Assembly: GCA_949358305.1 (NCBI GenBank)
Contig: OX442314.1
Location: forward strand, 10,788,001-10,852,000
Direction: 5' to 3'
Source of the DNA: Strigamia acuminata
Lineage: Eukaryota
Length of the DNA: 64,000 nt
Shown here: positions 31,863 to 43,382 of the stretch, piece after piece
Position numbering within the stretch: position 1 is the stretch's first letter
How the letters are laid out: every line of letters starts with the position of its first letter
Program-made: the position numbers and the translations under genes
The notes under the pieces: generated by a model
The model's input: only the letters and a program-made list of their open reading frames with translations
Told to the model about the DNA's origin: nothing
The model's database searches: none

Positions 31863-33094
31863 CGACAACTTCGTCGAGATATCGACTTCATAAACCCTGA
31901 GAGATTAAAAATTAAAAATTTAAATTTAATTAAAAATAATTTGTATTGCATTCTTACTTGTGATTTACCAGTGTGTCCTACTGGATATACTCGTCATTTT
32001 GCCACGTTTTCTATTGCGCGCATTACGGCGCAAAAAGATAGAGTTGCAATTCCTCAATCCGCCATCTTTTATAGAAGGAGGAAGTTAAAGTTGTCCGTAA
32101 AGTATTGCCGAAAAAGTAGCAAGTGTTTGTTGTCTTTGATGTAATTTGATGTACAAAAATGAATACATTAAAAATGTGATCGGGTAAAATGTGTTTTATT
32201 TTGTTTGCTTAGTCGATTTGCTTTCATTTTATACTTGGGAGAGATCGGTGCCACCAATCGTCGCTATCCTCACAATCGCCAAAAAATTCTTTATCACGTT
32301 TTAAGCATTTAAATTTACTACTTTTGTGCATAGAGAAATTGTTTTTACAACTGTTTGCTTCCCTGTATGGTCCATTACACTTAAAATACCCTGTTATTTT
32401 ATGACGCTGTTACTACAGTGTCCCCTGTATTTTCATATGAATAAATAATCACTGTATAATTTGTGACGCTGCTCTTGCGCAGCGCCACCTATGTATTTTG
32501 ACCATGAATAAACACTTATGCTAATTCTACACTGTCGACTGGTCACTTCCAAACTACATCCAGCTACAAATCCTTGCAATCTAATCTAAATACAAGTCAA
32601 GACAGACTAAGTTTTATTAAATTTTGGCCGAGGCTATTTCCACCGATACGATAGACATGGGGGCTATTTTCACCGATTTCGGTAAAAATGATCTTTGAAA
32701 TCGGGGGAAATAGACGTGTGGGCTATTTTTACCGATTTCAGTGGAAATGATCGCCAAGTTCTTCTAAAATAATTGTTCATTATTCCAGAAGAAAATATAT
32801 TCTTCGTTTTTTTAGTTTAATGAAAAAAAATCTGATTTGGTTTACTAACTTGTAATTGATTAATTTAAAACAAAATGAAAAAGATTTAAAATTTAAAATT
32901 AACAAAATACGAACATACAATTTTTTTAAAAATTAAATTTGAGTGTGGTATATAAATAAAATAAAATAAAATAAAATATATTAACTGATTCCTTTTTTTT
33001 ATATTTTTGTTAAATTTTCCGTTACATTGGCCGGAATAATAATCAGTATGGTAGCGAATTTCAAGAATTAATGCTAAAAAGTTGAAGCACAACT

Positions 33095-35173
33095 TCAAAC
33101 GGCAGAAAGACACATTTTTATTTCAGGTAAGTAAGTTTCTATAAAATCTGTTTTTTCTTCTTGACTTAAACCGAACGACGTACCGGTATTCATCAAACCG
33201 GTTTGTATCAAGGTATAAAAAGCTAAGCACTTCATGCAATAACTGATGTCTTCTGAATTGACAACAGAACAGTCCACACATTTTTGCATTATAAACTCAT
33301 GACAGCAGATGTTAGAGTCTGCGCACAAACTGTAAGCGAGACAACAGCAAAATTCCTTGAACACAACCATTTCATATCTTCGAGTGAACTTTCTTCGAGT
33401 GACACAAATAAGTTCCAAAAAATCGCTGTCCAGCTTTCCAGCTTCACACCTATCAATAATTTCAGATATTTTGTAAAAACTAATCACCACCGGATCTTGA
33501 AGGTCTCCAAATCCGTCCAACTTTGTATTCATAAAGTCTAGTACAATTTCGTTGGCCCAAAAATCCTCACACCCTCGCCCAAAAAAAGTCGCCAGTCTAC
33601 ACAAACTTTCTTCTAACTCGGATGCAACCGCCTCACTCATTCCTTCGGATGCAATTTCGGGAAGCCAGTTTCGAAATGCAGCGACATTTTTGTATTCCAC
33701 TGTTTCGCTGGTGAAGTGTTGAATGAGAACCGATTTCTTAAGCCTGCTCATTTCACGCGCATTCGAGAAACAAAAACTCAAAAATCGATTAATTTTCGTC
33801 CACTTGTTCGCATCAATTTCGTTGGCAAGCAACCTGCGACAGATCTCGTTCGCTAAGTAGGAACATTGCACTTTAAATGTTGTCATTTCACTCTCAGTCG
33901 TGATGTATTTATTTGCAATCGACTCTAGAAAATCCCAACGGAAATCATATTCTTTCTTAAAAAGTAATTGAGCAACACATCTGTTCAAAATCATTCTTCT
34001 TTTTTTAATATCCGTATCGTTAATCAATAATAAATGGAAATTATCAAAATCTTGCATCTCGCAAAGCATGTAGTAAATGAACGAATATTTATGTTCGTAA
34101 CGACAAATCTTCATTTCCTCAGGAGCATTTCTCCAAAAACGAATCAAACACACCTTGACTCTGTCTCGTTTGGACCAAGAACGAAAAGCATATTGGCTCA
34201 TCGTGTCATAGAAGTCGTCACCCGACGCGAACAGGTTTACAACGCGGCTCGACTTGGGCGTGAACGAGTGCGTGTGCAGAAAATGTATCAGCACGGGTGC
34301 GACAGGTTTCATTCCTAATCCCGAAGACAAAACGGTCCTCATTTGATGATCGTCCATCTCCCCAAGTAGAAAGTTCATAATCCCAATGTCGAATGTGCAG
34401 GAACAATCTTCGTCGTGTGTGTCATCCTCGAAGTGTGAAATCAAGTCTTCCAATTTACTATCTGGATACATTAGCAGATTGACGATCGCAGTTCTTTCGT
34501 ACGGTGTCATGAGTGACCAGAAATACTCAACGCCACATTGGTTCGCGTGGTCTATGGAGAGGGAAAACATTTTGACTTTCGTGTTGAAAGGAATCTTTGA
34601 AGAGTCGGTTTTAATCGTCATCCTTTTCCAGTATTTGTACATGATAGTTTTTAAGTTTGAGTCCTTTTGTTTGTCGAACAATCTTTTCAAAATGTTGCCA
34701 TGTCCGTTCGAAATATCTTCCACGACATCTGCGATGCAACAGACGACGGCGAGGCAGAATCTGGATTCGAACGTCCATTCTTCTAACTCTGAAAGATCTC
34801 TTGCTGTTTCGGTCATGTCTAGTTGTCCGTATATTGACCATTTCGTGCATTGGATGATTGTTTTCACCAATTGCAAATCGAGACAGCTTTGGTCAATAAA
34901 AACGTGGGAATTTAAGAATTTAAGCAAATCCTTCAACTGGCATCCGACGTGCTTCACCAAACACCTCAACATCAATTTTAACTCGTTCGGAATATGAAAC
35001 TCATTCACTAGTTCAGAAACTGCTTCCTCACCTTCTGACCATCGCCTTCGAAGACTGTTTGGAGTGGTTTTCTTGCTATTAATTTGAATATTGAAATTAT
35101 ACTTCCATACTAAAACCGAAATTTCGATTAAGGTGATGTGTTTTAGACTCGGCAAGTCCAAAATGGACTTCAT
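33095..35173 (-). CDS. Tandem family gene 6 (type A, mosaic N-terminus, 692 aa)
   Basis: Intact ORF; N-terminal block like gene 2, remainder like gene 5. Confidence 0.9.
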   Translation of the reverse strand: MKSILDLPSLKHITLIEISVLVWKYNFNIQINSKKTTPNSLRRRWSEGEEAVSELVNEFHIPNELKLMLRCLVKHVGCQLKDLLKFLNSHVFIDQSCLDLQLVKTIIQCTKWSIYGQLDMTETARDLSELEEWTFESRFCLAVVCCIADVVEDISNGHGNILKRLFDKQKDSNLKTIMYKYWKRMTIKTDSSKIPFNTKVKMFSLSIDHANQCGVEYFWSLMTPYERTAIVNLLMYPDSKLEDLISHFEDDTHDEDCSCTFDIGIMNFLLGEMDDHQMRTVLSSGLGMKPVAPVLIHFLHTHSFTPKSSRVVNLFASGDDFYDTMSQYAFRSWSKRDRVKVCLIRFWRNAPEEMKICRYEHKYSFIYYMLCEMQDFDNFHLLLINDTDIKKRRMILNRCVAQLLFKKEYDFRWDFLESIANKYITTESEMTTFKVQCSYLANEICRRLLANEIDANKWTKINRFLSFCFSNAREMSRLKKSVLIQHFTSETVEYKNVAAFRNWLPEIASEGMSEAVASELEESLCRLATFFGRGCEDFWANEIVLDFMNTKLDGFGDLQDPVVISFYKISEIIDRCEAGKLDSDFLELICVTRRKFTRRYEMVVFKEFCCCLAYSLCADSNICCHEFIMQKCVDCSVVNSEDISYCMKCLAFYTLIQTGLMNTGTSFGLSQEEKTDFIETYLPEIKMCLSAV

Positions 35174-35341
35174 GACATGAAATTTAAAAAAGAATGTGTT
35201 GATATGAATATGATATGAATATTCATTATTACTTTACAATAATAGTCTCGCCTGCTTTAAACGTCACAATTGTAAATTTAACATAATTCACTATAGCTAG
35301 GCGTGAGCAGTGCATCTGAACACTGCTTTTCCATATATTTC

Positions 35342-35566
35342 TATCTAGCCGTGCCCGGCCACGCGTTGCTGTTGCTACTAAATAAATCCCGTGGTAATTA
35401 ATCCCGTGGAAATTAATCCTGTGAAAATCCTTTGGAAGTCCCGTGGAAATCCTTTGGAAATCCCGTGGAAATCCTTTGGAAATCCCGTGGAAATCCTTTT
35501 GAAATCCCGTGGAAATCCTGTGGAAATAAATCTCCTGGAAATATATCCCGTGAAAATAAATCCTGT
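35342..35566. repeat. Possible Helitron-like end followed by an ATCCCGTGGAA/ATCCTTTGGAA minisatellite
   Basis: CTAGCCGTGCCCGGCCACGCGTTGC resembles insect Helitron-type ends; 11-nt imperfect tandem units at 35386-35566. Confidence 0.45.
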
Positions 35567-36080
35567 TGTGACAGTTATAAAACTGTGTAAACCGAAAGTT
35601 CACGTCAGATGGCGCTGTTTAGATAAAAGCGCATAGTTTAAATACGATAACAAGGTTGTATTGTAATAATTGTTATGACCAAACGAGTAAATATAAGTTG
35701 TTTATTGAACGAAATAAAGTATTATTTAAGGTAATTTTGATTCTATTGAATCAATATTTAGGTTTATACTTACCTTGTAACGAGAACCAATTGGACTCTT
35801 AATGATTTGGTCCTGTCTTTAGACCGGACACCCGAATCTCTGGATTCTGACCTCTAATTGGCTGCTCTTAATCCTATTGTTCATGAAACATATATAAACC
35901 CCGGTTTTCACCGGATCTGGGGCTTTATCTGTTTTGTTTTCTTGTATTGGTATCTGTTGATTCTCTCTTGTAAAACCCATTAGGCCTCCTCAATTCTTAT
36001 CGGTTGGTAATAATTGTTGTATCGCTCTTTCGGGATGACTAACCCGGTAATAATTAATAGTCCCGTACATTAGCTGGCCG
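35567..36080 (+). repeat. Truncated LTR of a related Gypsy family
   Basis: TGTGACAG...AGATGGCGCTGTTTA...GATTCTATTGAATCAATAT...ACTTACC...CCAAT...TATATAA, collinear with 10511-11100. Confidence 0.7.
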
Positions 36081-36099
36081 TCATAAGTGAAGGCTAGAA

Positions 36100-36375
36100 T
36101 GATTACGGCGGATCTAGCGAGGATGAAACTGAATGTGATCCAAATTCAGATTGGGATGAGACGGAAAGCGAGATGAATATCGAAAATTCTAGGCTTGAAA
36201 ATGCAAATTGGTATATGTATTTTTTACAAAACATTTTAAGTAGTTTCGAACAATTTATTGAATTATTTACAACCTTTTAGATGCTATTGTGGTAATTGTG
36301 CAATAATGCGTACAGAAATAGAATGTAAATGCTGCTTAGAAATTCAGAATTTTGAGGAAAAATGCAACGAAGAAA
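36100..36375 (+). pseudogene. Two-exon fragment of a P2X7-C-terminus (ballast)-like Cys-rich domain
   Basis: Acidic run, then RLENAN(W), GT..AG intron at 36211-36280, then CYCGNCAIMRTEIECKCCLE; the spliced Trp position reads TGA. Confidence 0.55.
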
Positions 36376-36655
36376 ATAGAAAGTTCATAATCCCAATCTC
36401 GAATGAGCAGAAACAATCGCTGTCTCGTGTGTGACATCGTGGAAATGTGAAATTAAGTCTTCCAATTTACTTTCTTGCCGGATTAGCAGCTTGACGATGT
36501 CATGAGTGACCAGAAATACTCAACGCCACATTGGTTTGCGTGGTCTATGCACAGGGAAAACATTTCCACTTTCTTGTTGAAAGGAATCTTCGAAGAGTCA
36601 GTTTTAATCGTCATCCTTTTCCAATATCTGTACATAAATATTTTTAAGTTTGAGC
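36376..36655 (-). pseudogene. Internal fragment of a tandem family gene
   Basis: YWKRMTIKTDSSKIPFNKKV...CGVEYFWSLMT with deletions. Confidence 0.8.
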
Positions 36656-36839
36656 CCTGTATTTTATTTCCAATTTTTTGTTCATTTGCTGGAATTAAGT
36701 TATTGGACACACATCACTTTTATTAAATTTTACATTACATTGGTCACAATGTGGTAGCGACTTTCAAGAATTATTGCTAAAACTCTACAACGTTAAGTGT
36801 TGGTTGAAGCACAACGTAAAAATACTCAAATATAAATTT

Positions 36840-39008
36840 TTACTCCAGATAAGTTTCCTTAAAATCTGTTATTTCTTCTTGACTATAACCGCACATCAGC
36901 AGCCACGCATTGGGTAGATTTTGGTCAAAACCGTCTTGTAGCAAGCAACAAAAAGGTAAGCACTTCATGCAATAACTGACGTCTTGTGAATTGACAAAAG
37001 AATCATTCACAAATTTTTCCATTACCATCATACGACTAAGCACGTTAGAGTCTGCGCACGCACTGTAAACGAGACAACAGCAAAATTCCTTGAACACAAT
37101 CATTTCATTGTCCGGTAAAGTATTTCTTCGAGTGACACAAATAAGTTCCAAAAAATCGCTATCCAGCTTTCCAGCATCACACGCATCGATAATTTCAGAT
37201 AGTTTGTAGAAACTAATCAGCGCAGGTTTTTGAAGGTTTCTAACGCCGTCCCACACTAATGCATCGATGAAACATGAATAATAAAAACCCCGCCCAAAAT
37301 AACGCGCCAGTGTAGACAAAATTTCTTCTAAGTCGGACGCAACCGCATCACTCATTCCTTCGGATGCAATTTCGGGGAGCCAATATCGAAATATATCGAT
37401 CAAATTCGATTCTTGTGTTTTGCTGGTGAAGTGGTGAATGAGAACCGATTTCTTAAGCCTGCTCATTTCACTCGCATTCGAAAAACAAAAACTCAAAAAT
37501 CTATTAAGTTTCGTCCACTTGTTCGCTCTAATTTCGTTGTAACGCACCGATAGCTTAAGCCTGCGCATTTCACTCAAAAATATTCCTGATCTTTTCTTTC
37601 TCAAAACTTGATCGACTGATCGATCTCGTTTCGTCCACTCGTACGCCCTAATTTCCTTGTCAAGCAACCTGCGACAGATCTCGTTCGCAAAGTAGGAACA
37701 ATGCACTTTAAAAGTTGTCATTTCACTCTCAGTCGTGATGTATTTATTTGCAATTGACTCCAGAAAATCCCAATGGAAATCATCCGTTTCTGTAAAAAGT
37801 AACTGAGCAACACACCTGCTCAAAATCATTCTTCTCTTTTTGATGTCCGTATGGTTAAGCAATAATAAATGGAAATTATCAAAATCTCGCATCTCGCAAA
37901 GCGTGTAGTGAACGAACGAATATTTAAGCTCGTATCGACAATTCCTCATTTCCTCGGGAGCATTTTTCCAAAAACGAATCAAACAGTCCTTGACTCTGTC
38001 TCCTTTGGACCAAGAACGAACAGACTTGCTCATCACCTCATAGAAGTCGTCAGCCGACGCCATCAGGTTTAGAACACGGCTCGACTTGGGCGTGAACGAG
38101 TCCGTGTGCAAAAAATGTATCAGTACGGGCGCGACAGGTCTCAATCCGAATTCCGAAGAGAAAATGGTCCACAATTGATACTCGTCCATTTCACCAAGTA
38201 GAAAGTTCATGATGCCCGTCTCGAACGTGCAGTAACAATCTTCGTCGTGTGGGTCATCGTAGAAGTGTGAAATCAAGTCTTCCAATTTACTTTCTTGCCG
38301 GATTAGCAGCTGGATGATCGCATTTCTTTCGTACGGTGTCATGAGGGACCAGAAATATTCAACGCCACATGGGTTTGCTAGGTCTATGGAGAGGGAAAAC
38401 ATTTTGACTTTCATGTTGAAAGGAATCTTTGAAGAGTCGGTTTTAATCGTCATCCTTTTCCAATATTTGTACATAATAGTTTTTAACTTTGAGTCCTTTT
38501 GTTTGTCAAAAATCTTTTTCAAAATGTTTCCACATTTGTTCGAAATATCTTCCACGACATCTGCGATGCAACAGACGACGGCGAGGCAAAATCTGGATTC
38601 GACCGTCCATTCCTTTAACTCTGAGAGAACCTTTGCTGTTTTGGTCATGTCTAATTGTCCATATATTGACCATTTCGTGCATTGGATAATGGTTTTCGCT
38701 AATTGTCCATTGATAAGAAAGCTTTGGCTAATAAAAACGTGGGAAAATAAGAAATTAAGCACATCCCACAACTGGCATCCGACGTGCTTCGCCAAAGACT
38801 TCAACAGTAATTTTAACTCGTTCGGAATAAGAAATTCATCCACTAGTTTGGAAACTGCTTCCTCAGCTTCTGACCATCGCCTTCGACGACAGTCTGCACT
38901 GATTTTCTTGCTACTAATTTGAATATTGAAATTATACTTCCATAGTAAAACCGAGATTTCTATTAAGGTGATGTGTTTTAAACTCGGCAAGTCCAAGATG
39001 GACTTCAT
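36840..39008 (-). CDS. Tandem family gene 7 (type B, 722 aa)
   Basis: Intact ORF. Confidence 0.9.
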   Translation of the reverse strand: MKSILDLPSLKHITLIEISVLLWKYNFNIQISSKKISADCRRRRWSEAEEAVSKLVDEFLIPNELKLLLKSLAKHVGCQLWDVLNFLFSHVFISQSFLINGQLAKTIIQCTKWSIYGQLDMTKTAKVLSELKEWTVESRFCLAVVCCIADVVEDISNKCGNILKKIFDKQKDSKLKTIMYKYWKRMTIKTDSSKIPFNMKVKMFSLSIDLANPCGVEYFWSLMTPYERNAIIQLLIRQESKLEDLISHFYDDPHDEDCYCTFETGIMNFLLGEMDEYQLWTIFSSEFGLRPVAPVLIHFLHTDSFTPKSSRVLNLMASADDFYEVMSKSVRSWSKGDRVKDCLIRFWKNAPEEMRNCRYELKYSFVHYTLCEMRDFDNFHLLLLNHTDIKKRRMILSRCVAQLLFTETDDFHWDFLESIANKYITTESEMTTFKVHCSYFANEICRRLLDKEIRAYEWTKRDRSVDQVLRKKRSGIFLSEMRRLKLSVRYNEIRANKWTKLNRFLSFCFSNASEMSRLKKSVLIHHFTSKTQESNLIDIFRYWLPEIASEGMSDAVASDLEEILSTLARYFGRGFYYSCFIDALVWDGVRNLQKPALISFYKLSEIIDACDAGKLDSDFLELICVTRRNTLPDNEMIVFKEFCCCLVYSACADSNVLSRMMVMEKFVNDSFVNSQDVSYCMKCLPFCCLLQDGFDQNLPNAWLLMCGYSQEEITDFKETYLE

Positions 39009-39889
39009 GGTTTGAAATGTAAAAAAGAATGTGTTGTTGAATTGTAAAAATAATAATATTCATTATTACTTTACAATAATAGTCTTGCCTGCTTTAAACG
39101 TCACAATTGTAAATTTAACATAACTCATTATCGCGCATATTCTTGCCACTCCAGCTAGGCGTAAGTAATGCATCTGAACACCGCTTTTCCATATATTTGT
39201 AAATGATAATATTTGTGGATAATTGACCCTATTGTCGCTATTTTTGTATCAACTGGTTAAAATCACGAATGACAACAGATGTAAAGAATTTAAAGTCGGT
39301 TTTTAATGCTCCTGGTGCTAACGCAAGTAAAACTATATTTGTAATTTGCATTACACGCTCCTGCACTGGTGCTAACTCAAAAAATGAACGCAGGGATCCG
39401 CCAGCTGGTGATGTCGAAGCAAACTGAAGCTACCGGTAGTTGATTGCATTTTATTGACATAAAACATTTTATTAGTCGTCGTTACCAAATCTATTACGGA
39501 AATCATAATTTTCGCTGTATTAAAATTATCATTTAAATGTGTTAAAACAATTTCTCGAGGGTGTCACAACCTGGCAATTTAACACAAAAAATTTAACCAA
39601 ATTTAATGTGCAATAAAATAAATATAAGAAAATACATTGACATCAATCTTTCCAGCAATATAACATTTAACATTTTTTTGAAAATACATTAATTTATTAC
39701 AAGTTGCCTCAGCTTTGTTTATTGTCCACACATTAGTGAAAGTGTTTCACTTACAATTTAAAAAATTAATGCTAAAAATTGCACAAACTTTCGGCTTTAG
39801 AAACGAGAAGCAAACTGGTAAATTTAGTTGAAACTTAGTTGAAACAGTTTGAACCTACACAAACATGTATTTTTAATCCTTATGCACCG

Positions 39890-40411
39890 ATTACAAATTC
39901 CCAAACTTTTTAACCGGCAATGCCACTTGCCCCGTAGGACACGACGACGTTATGATATTTAAAAAAACTGTCAACTACACGTGTCCAAGCACTTTCGAGA
40001 ACGCGCACTATTGCCTGGCGGTCATCGAGACGCATTGGTGCAGCACGACCGAAGTGGTCACCAACGTAACTTACCGTTTCGGCGGAATGTACAGCACGTA
40101 CGTGACCAATTTCCTCACCGGAAGCCGCAATTGTCCGCCTTACTTTCACCCGATGCCCATCTTGGGCATCCAGATTTGCACGAGTTACCAGTACACCGAT
40201 AAAAGCAGCGGCGGTTTGCAAAATATCCATTTGGGAGGGTTTATAGTTATTTGTACGAGCGAAGATCTTGTGCATTTACCCGCGTGTCCTATTGGATATA
40301 CTCGTCATTTTGCCACGTTTTACGAAAGTTGTAAAAATTTTTATTGCGCGCATTATTAAGATAGAGTTGCAATTGCTCAAGCCGCCAACTTTTATTGAAG
40401 GTGGAACTTAA
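39890..40411 (+). pseudogene. MPEG1/perforin-2-like last exon, second copy
   Basis: Paralog of 26299-26804 that keeps NAHYCLAVIE; acceptor mutated CAG>CCG; deletion near 40355. Confidence 0.65.
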
Positions 40412-42157
40412 AGTTGTCCGTAAAGTATTGCCGAAAAAATAGCAAGTGTTTGTTGTAAATTTATGTCTTTGATGTAATTTGATGTACAAAAGTGAATAAA
40501 TTAAAAATGTGATCGGGTAAAATGTGTTTTATTTTGATTGCTTAGTCGGTTTGCTTTCATTTTATTTTATTTGAAGATTCGCAAAGTCGATTTAAATGAA
40601 TTTTGAATGAAAACTAACTGTAATTACTGATTTTCTAGGTTTTGATGATGAGAGAATAAAAGGATGTCTTTTTTGGTTAAGAACAAGATTTATTGTAATT
40701 TCTGGGGGTCGCAAATACAAAATCAGGGGAACAAAGGGTGAAACAAGATAATTTATGACACTTTTACAGCACTTCCGGTCACGCGTCATCCAATATCACT
40801 CAAAAACACCTCCTGCAGGTTGGCTTCTCTGCGCTGCGCTGTGCTTTTCCCCTGGAGTACGTGCGACCTTGCTGCTTCTAACAACGCCAGTTTTTACACT
40901 GGGGCCGGAGTGGTATCACCACTCAACTCTTCCATGTCGTGAGTTTCCAGAACGCACAATCGCTGTACGGGTCGCCGCAAGTTCTTCCCGACTGATAATT
41001 TTATCTCGCATGCACGAACACGACCGTCTCGTCCTCGGAATATTTCGACGACTCTTCCTATTTTCCAGGTCATCCTGGGCTGGTTTAACTCTTCTACGAG
41101 AACAACATCTCCTTGTTGAACTTCTCGTGAATTCTTGTCATTCTTACGGTGAACTCTCAATTTGGTGAGATATTCCTTTTGCCATCGCGTCCACCAATGT
41201 CCTAACTTCAATTGACGGAGTTTCCAACGCTTCAAAATCGTGACTGATGTCGATGGCAACTGTTGAATGGTTTTTTGGCTGGGGTCTGGCAATGTACAGC
41301 TTCGTTTTCCGACCAGAAAATGAGCTGGAGTGAGTGGGTGACTGTCTTCGTCTTCAGTGTATACGTAGGAGAGTGGTCGCGAATTTATGCACGACTCGAC
41401 CTCCGAGAGAATGGTTGTCAATTCCTCAAAATCTAGGGATGACTTTCCCAAGACTTTTTTCAAGCTGGACTTAGTTGACTTCACCATACGTTCCCAAAAG
41501 CCACCCCACCATGGCGCACGTTCGACGATATACTGCCATCTCACGCCTCGTTCGGTCAGAAATCCCTGCATTTGTTCGCCTCTCACTGCATTCAACAAAA
41601 CGCAAAGTTCTTTCTCCGTTCGCTTGAAAGTCAACGCGTTGTCGGAGTAGATCGTGCTCGGGACTCCTCGGCGTGCAAAAAATCGTTTTAACGCTTGAAG
41701 GAATCGCTCCGTATTCATGCTCGAAACTAGTTCTAGATGTACGGCTCGAACAACCGCGCACGTGAATACGACGATATAACACTTCTCGCCACTGCGCTGG
41801 TACAATGGGCCGGCGAAGTCGACTCCAACGACTTGAAATGGCTCAGCTTGAGTGACACGATCTGGTGGCAACGATGATTCTGTCTGGCGCACGAAACGTC
41901 CTTGCACTCGCTTGCACACGAAACATTTGTGTAACACGCTTTTTACTGTCCTTCTCAGCTTTGGCATCCAAAACTTTTGACGAATTTCTGCCAAAGTCTC
42001 TCCAAGTCCACCGTGGAAAATTCTTTGATGTGCTTCTGAAACGATAAGAGTGGTTAAAATGTGATTTGAGGGCAAAACATAAGGATTTTTCATGTTGCTG
42101 TCGATTTTTGCCCATCGCAATCTGGTATTCAATCGCATTAAACCATTTTCGTCTATA

Positions 42158-43382
42158 CAGGGTGGAACAAAAGTCTGTTCCCCTCAAATATTTCCTGAGC
42201 AATTGCATCTAGGCCAACTTTAATGAAGTGATCATATAGGAAGTTGGGTGAGAGCAATCCAATGATGTCATCAAATTTGACCTTGAAGGCCATTTTCAAG
42301 GTTATTCACTTGCTAACTTCTAAACCAATCACGTTAGAGCAAAATTTCAAATTACAAAGTTGTAGAGCACCATCAAATTAGTACTATACAATTTATCTTA
42401 GTCATCTTCAGTTAAATGATTTATTTTTAAAAAGGAAACAAATTAGAAAAAAAATCAGCAAAGTGAAATTTTTTATTCTTGTAAAAAAAAAATTATTGAG
42501 GCATTAAAAAAAGATAGTGATTTTTCTTGTGTACTTGTACAATAATGCACATTTGAATACATTTATTTAACACTAGAACGGCCAGAGTGATCATTTTGAC
42601 CGGAACAGCTGTTTTAGACAGCTGTAGCAATTAACCCAATGGGTTTACAATGCTGGTATTTTTTCACTTTTACTAACTTATGATACTTTACATCATAAAT
42701 CAGCAAACGTAGCTTTTTTCTGTAAAAAAAATTTAAAAAATTGAATTGACCTAGAAAGGCCGAAAGCGGTCAAAATGACCGCTTGAAACAACGCGCACAA
42801 GACGTGCACGAAATGTGGACAAAACGCGCACAAATCGTGCAAAATACATAAACAATACGCGTATCTTGCGTTTTGCCATCAAATTGACCAGTAACACGCG
42901 AAATATGTGAGAAAATAGCAAAATAAAAATTGATGGTTTTTATTTTTTTTTATAAAACCTGATAAAATTAAATTTCCGTTTTTAATTTTATCAGATTTTA
43001 TAAAAAAAAAATTCCGGCCTTTCTAGTGTTAAGTAATTCAGTATTTTTGTAGTAGAAATTTAATTTTTGCCTCAATAGGTGACTTTATTTCAGCTGATTT
43101 GTTTTCATTTTAAAACGAAAACATTTAACTTAAGATGACTAAGATAAGTTGGATGGTACTAATTTAATGGTGCTCTACAACTTTGTAATTGGAAATTTTG
43201 CTCTAACGTGATTGGTTTAGAAGTTAGCAAGTGAATAACCTTGAAAATGGCCTTCAAGATCAAATTTGATGCCTTCATTGGATTGCTCTCACCCAACTTC
43301 CTATATGATCGCTTCATCAAAGCTGGCCTAGATGCAATTGCTCAGGAAATATTTGAGGGGAACAGACTTTTGTTCCACCCTG
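42158..43382. mobile_element. CAGGGTG Tc1/mariner-type MITE inserted in BEL pol
   Basis: TA|CAGGGTGGAACAAAAGTCTG...CAGACTTTTGTTCCACCCTG|TA. Confidence 0.92.
42571..43028. mobile_element. piggyBac-like MITE nested inside the CAGGGTG MITE
   Basis: TTAA|CACTAGAACGGCC...GGCCTTTCTAGTG|TTAA; single TTAA at the empty site near 15498. Confidence 0.85.

Noticed and set aside
35386..35566. CRISPR-like array
   Set aside because: Contiguous 11-nt minisatellite without unique spacers; eukaryotic context, no cas genes
40592..41168. ORFs in or overlapping the BEL LTR (65 aa and 137 aa)
   Set aside because: LTR or antisense frames without motifs
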